This document shows, piece after piece, positions 34,101-44,244 of a DNA stretch of 64,000 nt. The DNA comes from a virus. The position numbers were made by a program, and so were the translations under genes. The stretch lies in the IMG/VR virus record IMGVR_UViG_3300044613_001835, positions 7,728 through 71,727 of that record; one strand, 5' to 3'. Below the pieces are notes generated by a model. It made no database searches. It was not told the DNA's origin and worked only from the letters and a program-made list of their open reading frames with translations. The number at the start of each line of letters is the position of its first letter. Within the stretch, counting starts at the first letter, position 1.

Positions 34101-35617
34101 TCTAGTGTTCCAGCAGTTACGTTTGCCTGTGGAAAACCATCTGAGTACAAAGTTTTAATGGGTACCCAATAATCATACCCACTTACGTTTAATATTTTTT
34201 CATAAAAATTAAATTTTATATTTTTGCGAATATAGTCACTAACAATACTATTATCATTATTATCATTAAATGCTTGATCATCATCAAATAAAGACAAGTT
34301 TCCAGTTGAAGCCAACAACTGCCCTACTGGTAAAGAAGAATTTCCCAAATCTGAAAGCATTTTTTTTACGTTATATTCTATAACTTTGTCAGAGATATTA
34401 GCAACAAGTCTTGGGGACATTTCAATTAAATCAAAAGTAGAATCAAACTTGTTCATTTTTTCTACTACAATTCTTAAACCACGAATATTTTGAAACTCTC
34501 TATAAACTATTTTTCCGTTTACCGTTTCTGTAAAAAATAATGGTGATGTCAGATCTGTTACAAAACTTGTTTTATTATCAATTTTTTCATTTCCTAAAAT
34601 CCATCCATAAGATGGTACAAAAGTTTCATAATCTTGTGTGGTTGAATTCCAAACATAAAATGTTCCAACACTACCTTCATTCTCAATAACCAAATATGCA
34701 TATCCATCAATTGATTCTGTTGGCAATAATGTTGAAGAAGAAAATGTTTCTGCTATAACAAAATTATTTTTAAATTTATCTGGAATGTTTTTTAGTGCAT
34801 ACTGTAACTCAACATATCCATTATTAGAAATAATTGGAAACCCATCTTCTCGTAAATCATTTTCATTAAAATTATACGCATCAATCCAATTATTTTCTTC
34901 AAGATATTGAATTTTCCACCTTGTTGGGGTTGTTTTATTTGCATCACCATATAATGGATCTGAAAATGTTTTAGAGATATCTGTAAAATCTCCTAAATCC
35001 ACGTCTCCAACATTTGTTTGCATCTTTACAATAATTCTATTTGTTGGAACATTTTTTTTATATACAACAAATGGTACAGTATCATCTATGTAATAACTCC
35101 CATTAACTATTGTTTTAGCAATACCTCTTTCAATTCCTGATTCAGTTCTAAAAGAACTCCAATATTTAAATTGGTCATACCTTGATGCCATATAATATCT
35201 TGGTCGTCTTGCAATGTCTTTTCCAGAGTTTGCTAAATATTTGCCATTAAAAAATGTTGCCTTATTAATTCCAGATCTTGGTCTAAATGGCTTTATGCAA
35301 TCTTCTAAAGAATATAGTAATTTATTTTTTTCTTTTGTTGAAGTAAATATTTGAGGTGTTCCATTGTTTTCAAATCCACCATCAACAACAATGTCTGCAT
35401 CTGTTGCGCCCGTATAAAATAAACCAACGTCTGCTGGATCAAAAACATTTGCTAATGTTAAAAATTGAGAACTTTGTTCTTGTGGTCTATATCTATAATT
35501 ACCAAGTTTAGATATATTGTCTGGCATATTCATATTCCATTCAACCAGAACCAAAGACTCTGTCTGTATTGTTGCAGATGTTTCAAAGTGATTTTTTAAT
35601 TCAGTACTTTCAAACAT
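31112..35617 (-). CDS. Large tail-tip/hub protein
   Basis: 1501 aa, second gene after the TMP; C-terminal YIQT.DDA..L and IQLGDIV hub-type pattern. Confidence 0.7.
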   Translation of the reverse strand: MFESTELKNHFETSATIQTESLVLVEWNMNMPDNISKLGNYRYRPQEQSSQFLTLANVFDPADVGLFYTGATDADIVVDGGFENNGTPQIFTSTKEKNKLLYSLEDCIKPFRPRSGINKATFFNGKYLANSGKDIARRPRYYMASRYDQFKYWSSFRTESGIERGIAKTIVNGSYYIDDTVPFVVYKKNVPTNRIIVKMQTNVGDVDLGDFTDISKTFSDPLYGDANKTTPTRWKIQYLEENNWIDAYNFNENDLREDGFPIISNNGYVELQYALKNIPDKFKNNFVIAETFSSSTLLPTESIDGYAYLVIENEGSVGTFYVWNSTTQDYETFVPSYGWILGNEKIDNKTSFVTDLTSPLFFTETVNGKIVYREFQNIRGLRIVVEKMNKFDSTFDLIEMSPRLVANISDKVIEYNVKKMLSDLGNSSLPVGQLLASTGNLSLFDDDQAFNDNNDNSIVSDYIRKNIKFNFYEKILNVSGYDYWVPIKTLYSDGFPQANVTAGTLDLPLRDFYFFLESMPAPRMLVTEVSLSYAITLILDYIGFSNYVFYRNTDEPEAVIPYFFIAPDQTVAEVLNQLAVATQSAMFFDEYNNFVVMSKNYMLPKENDRTTNLILSGSNNQSISGIIENQTSGILPNILSIASEDKRIYNNGKINYTTRYIQRSYGNIRQASMIDQEKTWIYKPALLWEASGTDSTKTINEVASKQSKYVLGAMPINSDLSNNVPTVSNHKIQNNVIDLGENVYWLTRYQGYFYSNGEIIRYDAAQFNVTLAIWYPIQSDGSLLESSPQVVLPGRLAPVSIIDNLDKKVANGEITEAQKGQEIQAWRTSHRQGSSNVWITSNQEYQNYFKSLPFNGKIYPTGLVRIYTIPFYETVDGITRLQDGPVYEHGRAQFGTPVTTHSAGINSYWSNNDYVKGCEMKTEYLFTTKLLEDISVPSTTIGAAGINNTKARQTSRNGTIKNFMSSSYSNETSVNNTLSTQSGTIQSSALVMNGPSFATTEKPIDLVSYVYKNLNNAYKHFGARVRIIGKIENNEIRSQTPIGSTTYYQVAGVKPDQNVNIGGGSGGLAVLLNPETNNGYYFEIVALTEQNVESYLNLDNNNKSSISVNNVVFYKIKKNSSNSEAIPVKLWGGLSKIIVDDGRFTGQYRMTGEENPTVYDLAVEYQDIGKVRRFFLYINNQLIQVVDDPDPLPIYNNMAPFVRGSSRVMFENIYALSENYSQNSVFTVGETLSSAFGNKEINASESFRRYAMSGIIQSTYLSGISSQESPKYNLYFEEFGSIMRECSYFDIKYDRAYPALYAQISPTFNKIKGYTTSGFYADSYGAEFLIFNATDTAINLDETSGNYLRIQGITFTQDTTHELTVDEYFKKRSNFSNPQLTSSSQIISPLIEKEKFDNIKLSRMIYGNNEFTLDTPYIQTHDDAENLMGWLIDKLMVPKKSIGVKIFTTPTIQLGDIVTIDYKDSNNLDLVTKNTSRFIVYNIDYTRRISGPEMTIYLAEV

Positions 35618-36253
35618 TTAGACTTCTTCCAGTGTTACCGATATGTTCCAAAGATCATGATTTGTTGCACCACGTTTTACTACGGAATAATTAAAGTCTG
35701 CAAAATAAACTTGAATGATTTGATTATATCTGTTCAAACCATCATACTTGTATCCCTGTCCTTCTAAGTTTGTGTACTTGTCATAGGCAAGATACATCCA
35801 AAAAGGCCCTTGATGAGTTTCATACCAATCAAGAATTTCTACTCCACCAGCACCACCATCTGCTGTATATTCAGATGTAGATCCTTCGTTTGGTGCTATA
35901 CCTGTTGTTTCATTAAAATTAGCCAATCCTGCATACCCTCTTGAAGGAATCATGCTCCATGATACAGACATACTTAGTTTATCTGCAATATGATATGAAC
36001 GCATACGACCATTAATTGTTCTTGTTCGTTGCTCAATTCTTTGAGTATTGAACTGCATTTCTCCCCTATTATGATCAGACAGAATAATAAACTGATCCAA
36101 TAGGTTGACATCTGTTTCTTCTGTATCTGCTCCTACCTCTATGCCATTAGGCACATATAAGCCATTAGAGAGGGTTCCAGGGTTGTTTGCCCATAATATA
36201 CCCTGTGGTCTTGTATACCTGCGTCTACCTGTCAAATAAGCACTAGTAGCCAT
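35618..36253 (-). CDS. Distal tail (Dit-like) protein
   Basis: Directly after the TMP; RTINGRMRSY and WNISVTLEEV. Confidence 0.65.
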   Translation of the reverse strand: MATSAYLTGRRRYTRPQGILWANNPGTLSNGLYVPNGIEVGADTEETDVNLLDQFIILSDHNRGEMQFNTQRIEQRTRTINGRMRSYHIADKLSMSVSWSMIPSRGYAGLANFNETTGIAPNEGSTSEYTADGGAGGVEILDWYETHQGPFWMYLAYDKYTNLEGQGYKYDGLNRYNQIIQVYFADFNYSVVKRGATNHDLWNISVTLEEV

Positions 36254-39200
36254 TAGACTCTTTGCCCCCTAACTCTTTGTGAATCAACATTTTTAATTTC
36301 TCTCATTACTACTCTAGCAATATCATTTGCATTTACATTGTTTCCGTTAATGCTAAAGCCCAAATTATAATTATACACTGCCGTTGAGTTGTCACTTACA
36401 GATGTTGAAACATTATTAATTGGAGTTTGTGTGCCAAATCCACTACCTATCATTGATGGATATTTTGACTCATTTAACATTGATAGCATTGGGCCAAATT
36501 CTGCACTTGCCCTCTTGTTCATTACGAACTCTCCAGGGGTTAGCATTGTTGGTACACTATCCGAACCTATACGTCCACCATTAGCAAGGTATTTAGGAAC
36601 CATTCCACCCATACTCATTGGCTTAACCATACCGCCATACATTTTTCCTGGTATCTTGATTACTTGTCCTGGTCTAATTAAATTCGGATTTGAAATTTGT
36701 GGATTAGCCTTAATTACATCTGAAAGGCTAACTCCTGCTGCTTTTGCAATTCCACTTAATGTATTGCCAGACTTTACTGTAACAGTTGATCCAGTTGATT
36801 TAGTTGCTGTTCCTGTTGCTGTGGCTGTGGCTGATCCTGCCTGACCAAAAGGAGTTCCACTGCCTGCTGCACCTGCTCCTGGAACACTGAATGATGAAGC
36901 AGCCTTCATTGATTCAAGAATGCTTGCCCAGGCACCTGCTGCCGTAGTAGAAGAAGTTGCAATTCCGTCTATATTAATTTTAAGACTATTTGACTCTTTA
37001 TTAGATGCTTCTACATATTGTTGAATAAAGTTCCACTCTTGTCTTGTCATTCCATTAATCTGTAAAGATTTTTGTTCTCGGTCAATTTGAAATGCAAGGT
37101 CTGATAAAATTTGTCGCTTTACATCTGCTTGTTTTTGTAAAGGCTCTAATTGTAAAATTTCAATATTATAAATTTGATCACTTAGTGTTGTAATTTCTGT
37201 TTCAATTTGTTTTCTAGTTAATTTTTGACCATTAACAACTGCTGTAATTGAAGATAATTCTCTTTGTTTTTGTACTTCTAAATTATTTGCTGCAGTTTCT
37301 AAACCAGTACCCATTCTGTTTAAAGATTCTTGTGCAGCCTCTGCTCTCATTTCTTGTGCTGCTGCTGCTGCTGCAGAAATATCGCCTTGTGTTAATGCAT
37401 TGGCAATACCCAATTGTTTCTGTTGTTGTGAAATCAAAAATGAATTAATTGACTTTATTGATTCTAAGGCATCTCTTTGTTTATTTAAAGAATCAATCTT
37501 TTGATCATATGTTTCGGTGATTGCAGTTTCTTGTCTACCAATCAAATCAAGAGTACGATTATAAGATTTAATCTTTGAATTAATATCACCAATCGTATTT
37601 TGTATTTTATCAATTGATCTTTCATCTAGAGCAACGCTTAACTCCATTTCTTCTGGAGTCATTTTATTTATTGATTTAAATGCTGCTCTTGCTTTTCTTT
37701 CAATTTCAAGAAAACCAAAATCAAATCTTTCACTTAACTGTTCTGCTGCACCCTCTGCTAATTCATCTGCCTCAAATTGAACAGCCTTAAGTGCTGCTTC
37801 AAATTTTCTAGCCTCAGCAGTTGCTTTTTTTGTTTCCTCAGCCATTTTAGTAAATGCTTCAGGAGTTATTTTTCCAGTTGCAATTGCTGCTGCTGTTGCT
37901 GGGTCTTCAAGCATCTTTAAAGCGGTGGCTGCATCAACACCTTTTTTCTTAAGAGTATCTAATGCTTTAATTTGTATATTGTTTTCATTTTTTATTTTTT
38001 CTTGTGCTCTTAAATAAGTTCCAGCCTGAATTGTAGGGAATAATTGATTAAGTGCTTTACCGTATTGATTTAAAACTAATTTTCCATTTTTAGCCTTATC
38101 CGTAATTTTATTAAAGAATTTTGCAGCATTTTCTGCATCTAGTCCTTCTGCAAATTGTAAAACACTTTCGTTAACTTTTAACCTTGATAATTTGTTAACA
38201 ACACCATCAAAGTTATCTATTGTTTTACCTTTGCCAAGTTGCTTTAATAACTCGTTCCAGCCACCCATAGCATTTACGGATTCTTTTCTAAATAATTTTA
38301 ACTTTATTAATAAATCATCAAGGAATGTATCTCTATTTTTATTTTTGTTGTCAACTGGATCTGGGCCTGTTGGAACAGGGCCTGGCAATATGCCACCTTT
38401 TGCAATAATATCTGCAACAGATTTGCCAGCAGAAGAACCAAACCCTTTAAAGTTTGGATCATTAGAAACAACGTCAAAAGCCACTTTTATATTTTTATTT
38501 ACAAAATCTTTTCCTTCAGATAAAATGCTCCACTGATCATAAAATGCCTTCCATTCTCCAGGCTTTTCTTCAGCAAGTTTTGCAACAACTTCTTTAGTTA
38601 ATTGAGGATCTAACCCTTCAACTTGTTTTAAAGCATTTGTTGCAGTTGCTATTTGTTGTATTCCATTGGCCTTAAGGTCAAGAGTAATTCCATATGTAGG
38701 ATTTATTTGATTTAAGAAAGCCAATGCTTCCATATCTGTTTTAAAGTCTTCTTCATTATTATTAATATATGACATCATAAGAGTTCTAGTTGTATCGTCA
38801 GCGCCTCCTGATGGCAATAATTCTGATATTAGTGAGGCATCTGCAAGACCTTGCTTGTCAACCAAAATTTTAAATGCTGTTTCAAATCCTTTATTTCCTG
38901 CTGCAGTTGAAAGAATTTTTGTAATTACTGTTGGACTAACCTGACCAGATGCAAGACCTACCTGCAATTCTGTTTTAAATTTTGAATCTTTTAATTTATT
39001 TAATGCTTCTATTGCCTGATCTTTAAAGACTGCCATAGGGCCTTCTTTATACATTGCATCTGCTGCAGCCTTAATACCTTTAGTAAACCCATCTACGCCC
39101 AACTGATCTTTTTGTTTAATTAATAAGTTTAAAGCATTTGCATTATTGGCATTCAACTGATTAAGAGCATCTTTTCGTTGTCCTTGAATTGTATTTATTT

Positions 39201-42200
39201 CTTGTTCAGTTTTTGCAGATTTTAATTTTATGTCGTATTGTCTGTTTAATGAATCTACAAGTCCTTGATTTTGTGCTACTTCTTGTAAGCCTAATTGAAC
39301 TGCTGCTGATGTAAGTTTTGCAGATTGTTTTCTTTCTCCAAAATAATCAAAAAGTGTTGTAGGGTCAAATAAATTTTTAAATCTATCAAAAATACTTGTT
39401 GGAGCCATGTCTAATTTTGCACCAGCAAATGTATTTTTATTTTCTAGCACTCCTTTTATTGCAGTTTGAAATGCTTGCGCCTGCTTGTCCATTGAGGATC
39501 TTTGTATTTCTAATGTTACCTGCAAAGGATCCGTAGTGAGGTTTTCTCCATTAGGACCAAGAAGTGATACAAGTTTGCCGCTAACAAGCGCTGGTATTTC
39601 ATAACTTCCAAGTTCTTCTCCAAGGGCTGCAGCAATACTTCTTGCTTGGCTTGTTGTTACTGCACCTTGAGCAACTGCTACTGCTAAGTTATTGGCTAAA
39701 TTTTGAGATATTTGCTTAATAGATTGACCATTTTTAGATTGAATTTCTATATCTGCAAGTATTTGTTTTCCAAATTCACTACCCAATACATTTTGTCCAA
39801 ATTGCCTTTGTCCCTCAACTGTTCCAGAAACGATATTCTTTCTTCTTCTAGCAGCCTCTTCACTTGCGCTAACAGTTCCAGATATTACAGATAGATCAAC
39901 AATTTTCTTTGAAGTCATACTCATTGCATTAGAAAGATTAATTCCTTCTTGCCTTGCTTTTTCCATGTCTTTTGACATCTTATATAATGTTCCACCAACC
40001 AAAGCAATTGCTGCTACTGCTGCAACCCATGGATTTGCAAGCATTGGAAGTAATGCAACTATACCTTGTAATCCAAAAACAAATGGCATTATTGTTTGAG
40101 CCATTTCTCCTAATTTACCGCCAGCAAAAGATGCTGCAATTGTAAGTCCAGAAACTGCACCTATACCAAGACTTGCCTTTGAACTAAACTCTGATAACTT
40201 TTGCTTTGTTGTCTTTTGAGCCTCTGTAGACTCATTCATTGCATTTGTTAGTTTGCCTTCTGCTGCTATACGTCTTTTGGCTTCTTTTAAACTTATTTTT
40301 TCTACCGCTGCCAACAACTGTGCACGAGATAGTCTTGCTGATTGGGATACTTCTCCCATTGTTGTGCTTCCAGTTTTTGGATCAACTTGTGGTGCATTTG
40401 CAAACCCACGAAGTCTTCGGATTCTTTGAACTACAGTTTCGTTTGGATTAAGTGTTGTTGTTCTATTGTCTGAAACATTTCTACTTGTTGTTTGAATGGA
40501 TGCTGGTTTTCTTTCGGTGTTTTGTCCAGTTAGTGGGGTTAAATTACCCTTTGCGTCAACCTTGTACTCTCCTCTTGCTCTAACAGCAACAGTTTCTTTT
40601 TGAGGTTGTTTACCAATTAATCTATCAAAACGATCATTCATTGATTTAGTAATTTTAAGAACTTGTCTTCCTCCACCAAGGAACTCTCTTTGTGATTTAA
40701 ACTTACCATCAATTAGTCCATTAATTACGTTATTCTTTGTAATTTTTCCACCTGTTATTTCAGGTCTGCGGTAAGCAACAATTTCACCTTTATCATTTAA
40801 ACTGGTTGGAATTAATAGTTTTGGATCAATTGCTTTCAATTCATTTAATTTTTTAACTAATATTGGATTTGAATTAGTTTTTTGTACAGCCTTAATAACA
40901 TCATCAATTGATTTTAATTTATCTGTTTTAATGCTTGATCCACCAACAGCACTTGTAGATGCTGCACCAAGCAAGGTTCTTGCTGATCTAGATACAATTG
41001 GGTCTGCAGATTTTGCAAGAGCACCCATGATTCCAGACCTTTCATTACCCATTCTAGAATAAATCATCTTGTCATTAATTAAAGCATTATCTGGTAAAGA
41101 ATTTAAAGATTTTAATAAATTAGTTCTAATTTCTTTTGCAACTCTAAGCGCATCTGTATCTGGAATTCCCTGCTTAGAAAGACTTATTGTCATTGTTCTT
41201 AAAGAGTTATCATCAAGAATTGCTCGTCTATATTCTCCAGCAGTAACTGTTGAATTTTTTCTATTTAGTTGCCCATTCATTTCTTTAGGAATATCAAACC
41301 CAACAGCAGTGTATAGGTTTTCTCTTCCAAAACCAAGTTTTCTAAACTGCTCTGAAACCTTTGTTCCAGAAATCTGTTTATGATCTACAGCATGTCCAAA
41401 TACTAGGTTTGATTTTGTTTGAGATTTTGCCCCTTGCATTCTTGCGAGAAGTGCTGCGTTTCTTGCAGCAAAGGCTTCGTTGGTTTCTGTAAATGCTGAT
41501 TTGCCCAAAAGAAGACTATTTATTTGGCTTGGGTTAGTATTAAGAACTTGTGCTGAAGGCCCACTAAGATCCATCTTTGGTTGGAACTTTGGAGAGTTAG
41601 CAAATGGTTGTGCATCTCCAGTTCCAGTTCCAAATGCCTGAAGTTTACCGCCAAGCAATGCTTCAATAATTGGCTGGACTTGTGGATTTTGTGCAATGTC
41701 TGTTGGAATTACCGCTTCTCCAGGCATAAGCACTGCAGGAACATTATCTTTGTTACCTCTTCCTGGTACAGATGCAGTTCCTCTTGCAAATTTCTTTGGT
41801 GCCCCGCCTCTGCCAGGCATCATCATTCCTGGATTTGTTCTTGCAAAGTTGGCTGCAGCGACTGTTGCATCAATATATGCTTGACGAAGTGCTCTTACAG
41901 CAGATGCCTCAATATTAAATTGTTGTGTGAGTCTATTATGTGCTTGGTTTAATGATGCTGCTACTGTTGCAGCCTCTAGTTGCTCTACCGATAAATAGTT
42001 TGTTTGTTCTGCAAGAATTTTGCTATTTCCACCAAGTTTTAAAAATCCTGTACGCATTATTGCAAATAGTTTTATTCCGTTTGCTACTGCGTTCATTAAT
42101 AAACCAAAAGTCATTAATAATACTGGACCAATAATTCCAACCAGCGTTGTTGCAACTACAATAAACTTCTTTGTGCCATCTCCAAGATTATTAAACTTAT

Positions 42201-43791
42201 CTAGCAAACCTGCAACTGATTGTGCAATTGGTGTTACTGCCTCTAAAAATGTTTTGCCAACTGGTTCAAGTGTTAATCTAAGATCCTCAATTGCTTTTTT
42301 AAACTTAGTTCCAACTGCATCCTCTAAAACTCCAAGTTCTCTTTCAGACATAATTGCAAGTTGTTCAACAGAATTTGTTGTTAATCCAAGAACTTTTGCA
42401 GCCTGTGTTCCGTCTTTTGTTACGTTTTGAAACAATGTTGATAAACGTGAGAACTGAAACTTACCAAATAACTGCTCAATTGCACGAGCACGATTAAGTG
42501 GGTCTAGAGTATCCAGCGCTCTTGAAAAGTCAATAACTGTACTCTTAATATCACCCTGATTACCTTCAACAATTGCTTTGATATTAATTCCCATATCTGC
42601 AAGCATTTCAGATGCTTTTTTAGTTGGATTAATGAGTGATGCTAAACCAGACTTAAGTGCGTTAGCACCTTCTGATGCATTGATTCCGCCTTCTTTCATT
42701 GCTGTTAAAAAGAATGCTAAATCTTCAACATCTCCACCAAGTTGTTTTACAACTGGACCTGCTTTAGGAATTGCAATAGTTAAATCTTCAATAGATACGA
42801 CTGTTTGGTTTTCAACTGCGTTAAGGAAGTTAATCTTTTTTGCCAAATCTTCTGCTGCTGTACCAAATGCGTTTGTAATAGATATAGTTGTTTCTAGAGC
42901 CTGTCCTTGCTCTACACCACCAAGAACTGCAAGTCTTGTTGCTTGGGCTACCTGCGCTGTAAGTTCTGCACCAGTCTTACCCATTGCTGCAGCATCTGCT
43001 GCCATCTTCATCGTATCTACAACTGCAATTCCATACTTAGTAAATGATTCTGCAAGTTGTCTTACATTTTCAAGAGCCTCATTTGTTTGTTCTGTTGTTG
43101 TAAATATATCTCCATATACACGCTTAAACCTGATGGCTTGTGCTTCAAGATCCATAAAAGTTTTTCCAGCAACAGTTCCAAGATAGGCAAGAGGAATTGT
43201 AAAACCAACCATAAGTTGGCGACCTGCCCACTGTGTATTTTTACCAAAGTTTAAAAGATTTGTAGATCCTTGTTTTACTAACTGATTGAATAATGCTTGC
43301 TTTTGTGCTGCTAATGCAACCTGTGTTCCGTAGTCTTTCATATTTAGGCTAGTTGGAGTAACAGAGATAGCCTTCATTGCACCGCTTGCATCACGGCCTA
43401 ACTTAATATATTGTGTTTGTAATCTTTTTACACGATCTTGTGCTACTTTGCCAATTGTGTCAAATTCTGATTTAAATAATCTTCCAAATGTTTTTGTAGA
43501 TCCGCCAGCATAACGGAAATATTCCCGCATTGAAAGTTTGTTTTTTTCAAGAGCATTTGTGAAAGATTCTGTGGATGTTCTAACGACACCCATCTGTGCT
43601 GAGAATTTACCAGTAGCATTTATTGAGTTCAGCAGATTCTGCTGCATGTTTCTTTGTTGAGCAGCAGCAGAAGCACTACCCTTTGATACCGAAGTATGGA
43701 ATAGTGCTAACTGTCGCTGTAAACTTTTAAGTTCCGCTAACGCCTGCGACGTATCAATTTGTACGCCAATTTTGGCATTAACATCACTCAT
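36253..43791 (-). CDS. Tape measure protein with internal insert and C-terminal LysM
   Basis: TP901-type core (AGPVVKQLGGD, EGANALKSGL), long helical regions, LysM VTVKSGNTLSGIA...NPNLIRPGQVIKIP. Confidence 0.93.
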   Translation of the reverse strand: MSDVNAKIGVQIDTSQALAELKSLQRQLALFHTSVSKGSASAAAQQRNMQQNLLNSINATGKFSAQMGVVRTSTESFTNALEKNKLSMREYFRYAGGSTKTFGRLFKSEFDTIGKVAQDRVKRLQTQYIKLGRDASGAMKAISVTPTSLNMKDYGTQVALAAQKQALFNQLVKQGSTNLLNFGKNTQWAGRQLMVGFTIPLAYLGTVAGKTFMDLEAQAIRFKRVYGDIFTTTEQTNEALENVRQLAESFTKYGIAVVDTMKMAADAAAMGKTGAELTAQVAQATRLAVLGGVEQGQALETTISITNAFGTAAEDLAKKINFLNAVENQTVVSIEDLTIAIPKAGPVVKQLGGDVEDLAFFLTAMKEGGINASEGANALKSGLASLINPTKKASEMLADMGINIKAIVEGNQGDIKSTVIDFSRALDTLDPLNRARAIEQLFGKFQFSRLSTLFQNVTKDGTQAAKVLGLTTNSVEQLAIMSERELGVLEDAVGTKFKKAIEDLRLTLEPVGKTFLEAVTPIAQSVAGLLDKFNNLGDGTKKFIVVATTLVGIIGPVLLMTFGLLMNAVANGIKLFAIMRTGFLKLGGNSKILAEQTNYLSVEQLEAATVAASLNQAHNRLTQQFNIEASAVRALRQAYIDATVAAANFARTNPGMMMPGRGGAPKKFARGTASVPGRGNKDNVPAVLMPGEAVIPTDIAQNPQVQPIIEALLGGKLQAFGTGTGDAQPFANSPKFQPKMDLSGPSAQVLNTNPSQINSLLLGKSAFTETNEAFAARNAALLARMQGAKSQTKSNLVFGHAVDHKQISGTKVSEQFRKLGFGRENLYTAVGFDIPKEMNGQLNRKNSTVTAGEYRRAILDDNSLRTMTISLSKQGIPDTDALRVAKEIRTNLLKSLNSLPDNALINDKMIYSRMGNERSGIMGALAKSADPIVSRSARTLLGAASTSAVGGSSIKTDKLKSIDDVIKAVQKTNSNPILVKKLNELKAIDPKLLIPTSLNDKGEIVAYRRPEITGGKITKNNVINGLIDGKFKSQREFLGGGRQVLKITKSMNDRFDRLIGKQPQKETVAVRARGEYKVDAKGNLTPLTGQNTERKPASIQTTSRNVSDNRTTTLNPNETVVQRIRRLRGFANAPQVDPKTGSTTMGEVSQSARLSRAQLLAAVEKISLKEAKRRIAAEGKLTNAMNESTEAQKTTKQKLSEFSSKASLGIGAVSGLTIAASFAGGKLGEMAQTIMPFVFGLQGIVALLPMLANPWVAAVAAIALVGGTLYKMSKDMEKARQEGINLSNAMSMTSKKIVDLSVISGTVSASEEAARRRKNIVSGTVEGQRQFGQNVLGSEFGKQILADIEIQSKNGQSIKQISQNLANNLAVAVAQGAVTTSQARSIAAALGEELGSYEIPALVSGKLVSLLGPNGENLTTDPLQVTLEIQRSSMDKQAQAFQTAIKGVLENKNTFAGAKLDMAPTSIFDRFKNLFDPTTLFDYFGERKQSAKLTSAAVQLGLQEVAQNQGLVDSLNRQYDIKLKSAKTEQEINTIQGQRKDALNQLNANNANALNLLIKQKDQLGVDGFTKGIKAAADAMYKEGPMAVFKDQAIEALNKLKDSKFKTELQVGLASGQVSPTVITKILSTAAGNKGFETAFKILVDKQGLADASLISELLPSGGADDTTRTLMMSYINNNEEDFKTDMEALAFLNQINPTYGITLDLKANGIQQIATATNALKQVEGLDPQLTKEVVAKLAEEKPGEWKAFYDQWSILSEGKDFVNKNIKVAFDVVSNDPNFKGFGSSAGKSVADIIAKGGILPGPVPTGPDPVDNKNKNRDTFLDDLLIKLKLFRKESVNAMGGWNELLKQLGKGKTIDNFDGVVNKLSRLKVNESVLQFAEGLDAENAAKFFNKITDKAKNGKLVLNQYGKALNQLFPTIQAGTYLRAQEKIKNENNIQIKALDTLKKKGVDAATALKMLEDPATAAAIATGKITPEAFTKMAEETKKATAEARKFEAALKAVQFEADELAEGAAEQLSERFDFGFLEIERKARAAFKSINKMTPEEMELSVALDERSIDKIQNTIGDINSKIKSYNRTLDLIGRQETAITETYDQKIDSLNKQRDALESIKSINSFLISQQQKQLGIANALTQGDISAAAAAAQEMRAEAAQESLNRMGTGLETAANNLEVQKQRELSSITAVVNGQKLTRKQIETEITTLSDQIYNIEILQLEPLQKQADVKRQILSDLAFQIDREQKSLQINGMTRQEWNFIQQYVEASNKESNSLKINIDGIATSSTTAAGAWASILESMKAASSFSVPGAGAAGSGTPFGQAGSATATATGTATKSTGSTVTVKSGNTLSGIAKAAGVSLSDVIKANPQISNPNLIRPGQVIKIPGKMYGGMVKPMSMGGMVPKYLANGGRIGSDSVPTMLTPGEFVMNKRASAEFGPMLSMLNESKYPSMIGSGFGTQTPINNVSTSVSDNSTAVYNYNLGFSINGNNVNANDIARVVMREIKNVDSQRVRGQRV

Positions 43792-43806
43792 TTGTCACCT
43801 CATTGT

Positions 43807-44139
43807 TTAATTGTTTGCAAGAACTGTGTTCAAGAGTGCATTTGCATCTTGAAGTTTTACCCCTGAAGCAGATTCAATAATCTTATAAACAGTTGGAAGA
43901 TCAATATTCTCTTCTAACTTTTTAGCATCATCTGCAATTTCTGGCTTATATTGCTTCATAGCAATTTGAACACAATCAATAAGGACAGTCGTTGACTTGT
44001 CATTATCTTCTGCCACCTCTGCTAGTTCTGAAAACTTCTTCATAAATGGACGAAGTAATGAGATTTTAAGCGGTCTTGCCTTAATCTTTGTACCGTCCAA
44101 AAGAACTAGTTCTACCTCTTCATACGTGCTTGTTGCCAT
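43807..44139 (-). CDS. Tail assembly chaperone (short, G-like form)
   Basis: Immediately upstream of the TMP; paralog of the N-half of 44921-45616; SD AGGAGG. Confidence 0.75.
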   Translation of the reverse strand: MATSTYEEVELVLLDGTKIKARPLKISLLRPFMKKFSELAEVAEDNDKSTTVLIDCVQIAMKQYKPEIADDAKKLEENIDLPTVYKIIESASGVKLQDANALLNTVLANN

Positions 44140-44244
44140 TGATTTTTCCTCCTATAGGCTATGTTAATTATATCATGTAAGGGCCTTATTTTTACAAGTA
44201 TTTTTAATGCCTTAAATGCCTAAAAAACTAAATATGGGAGGTAA

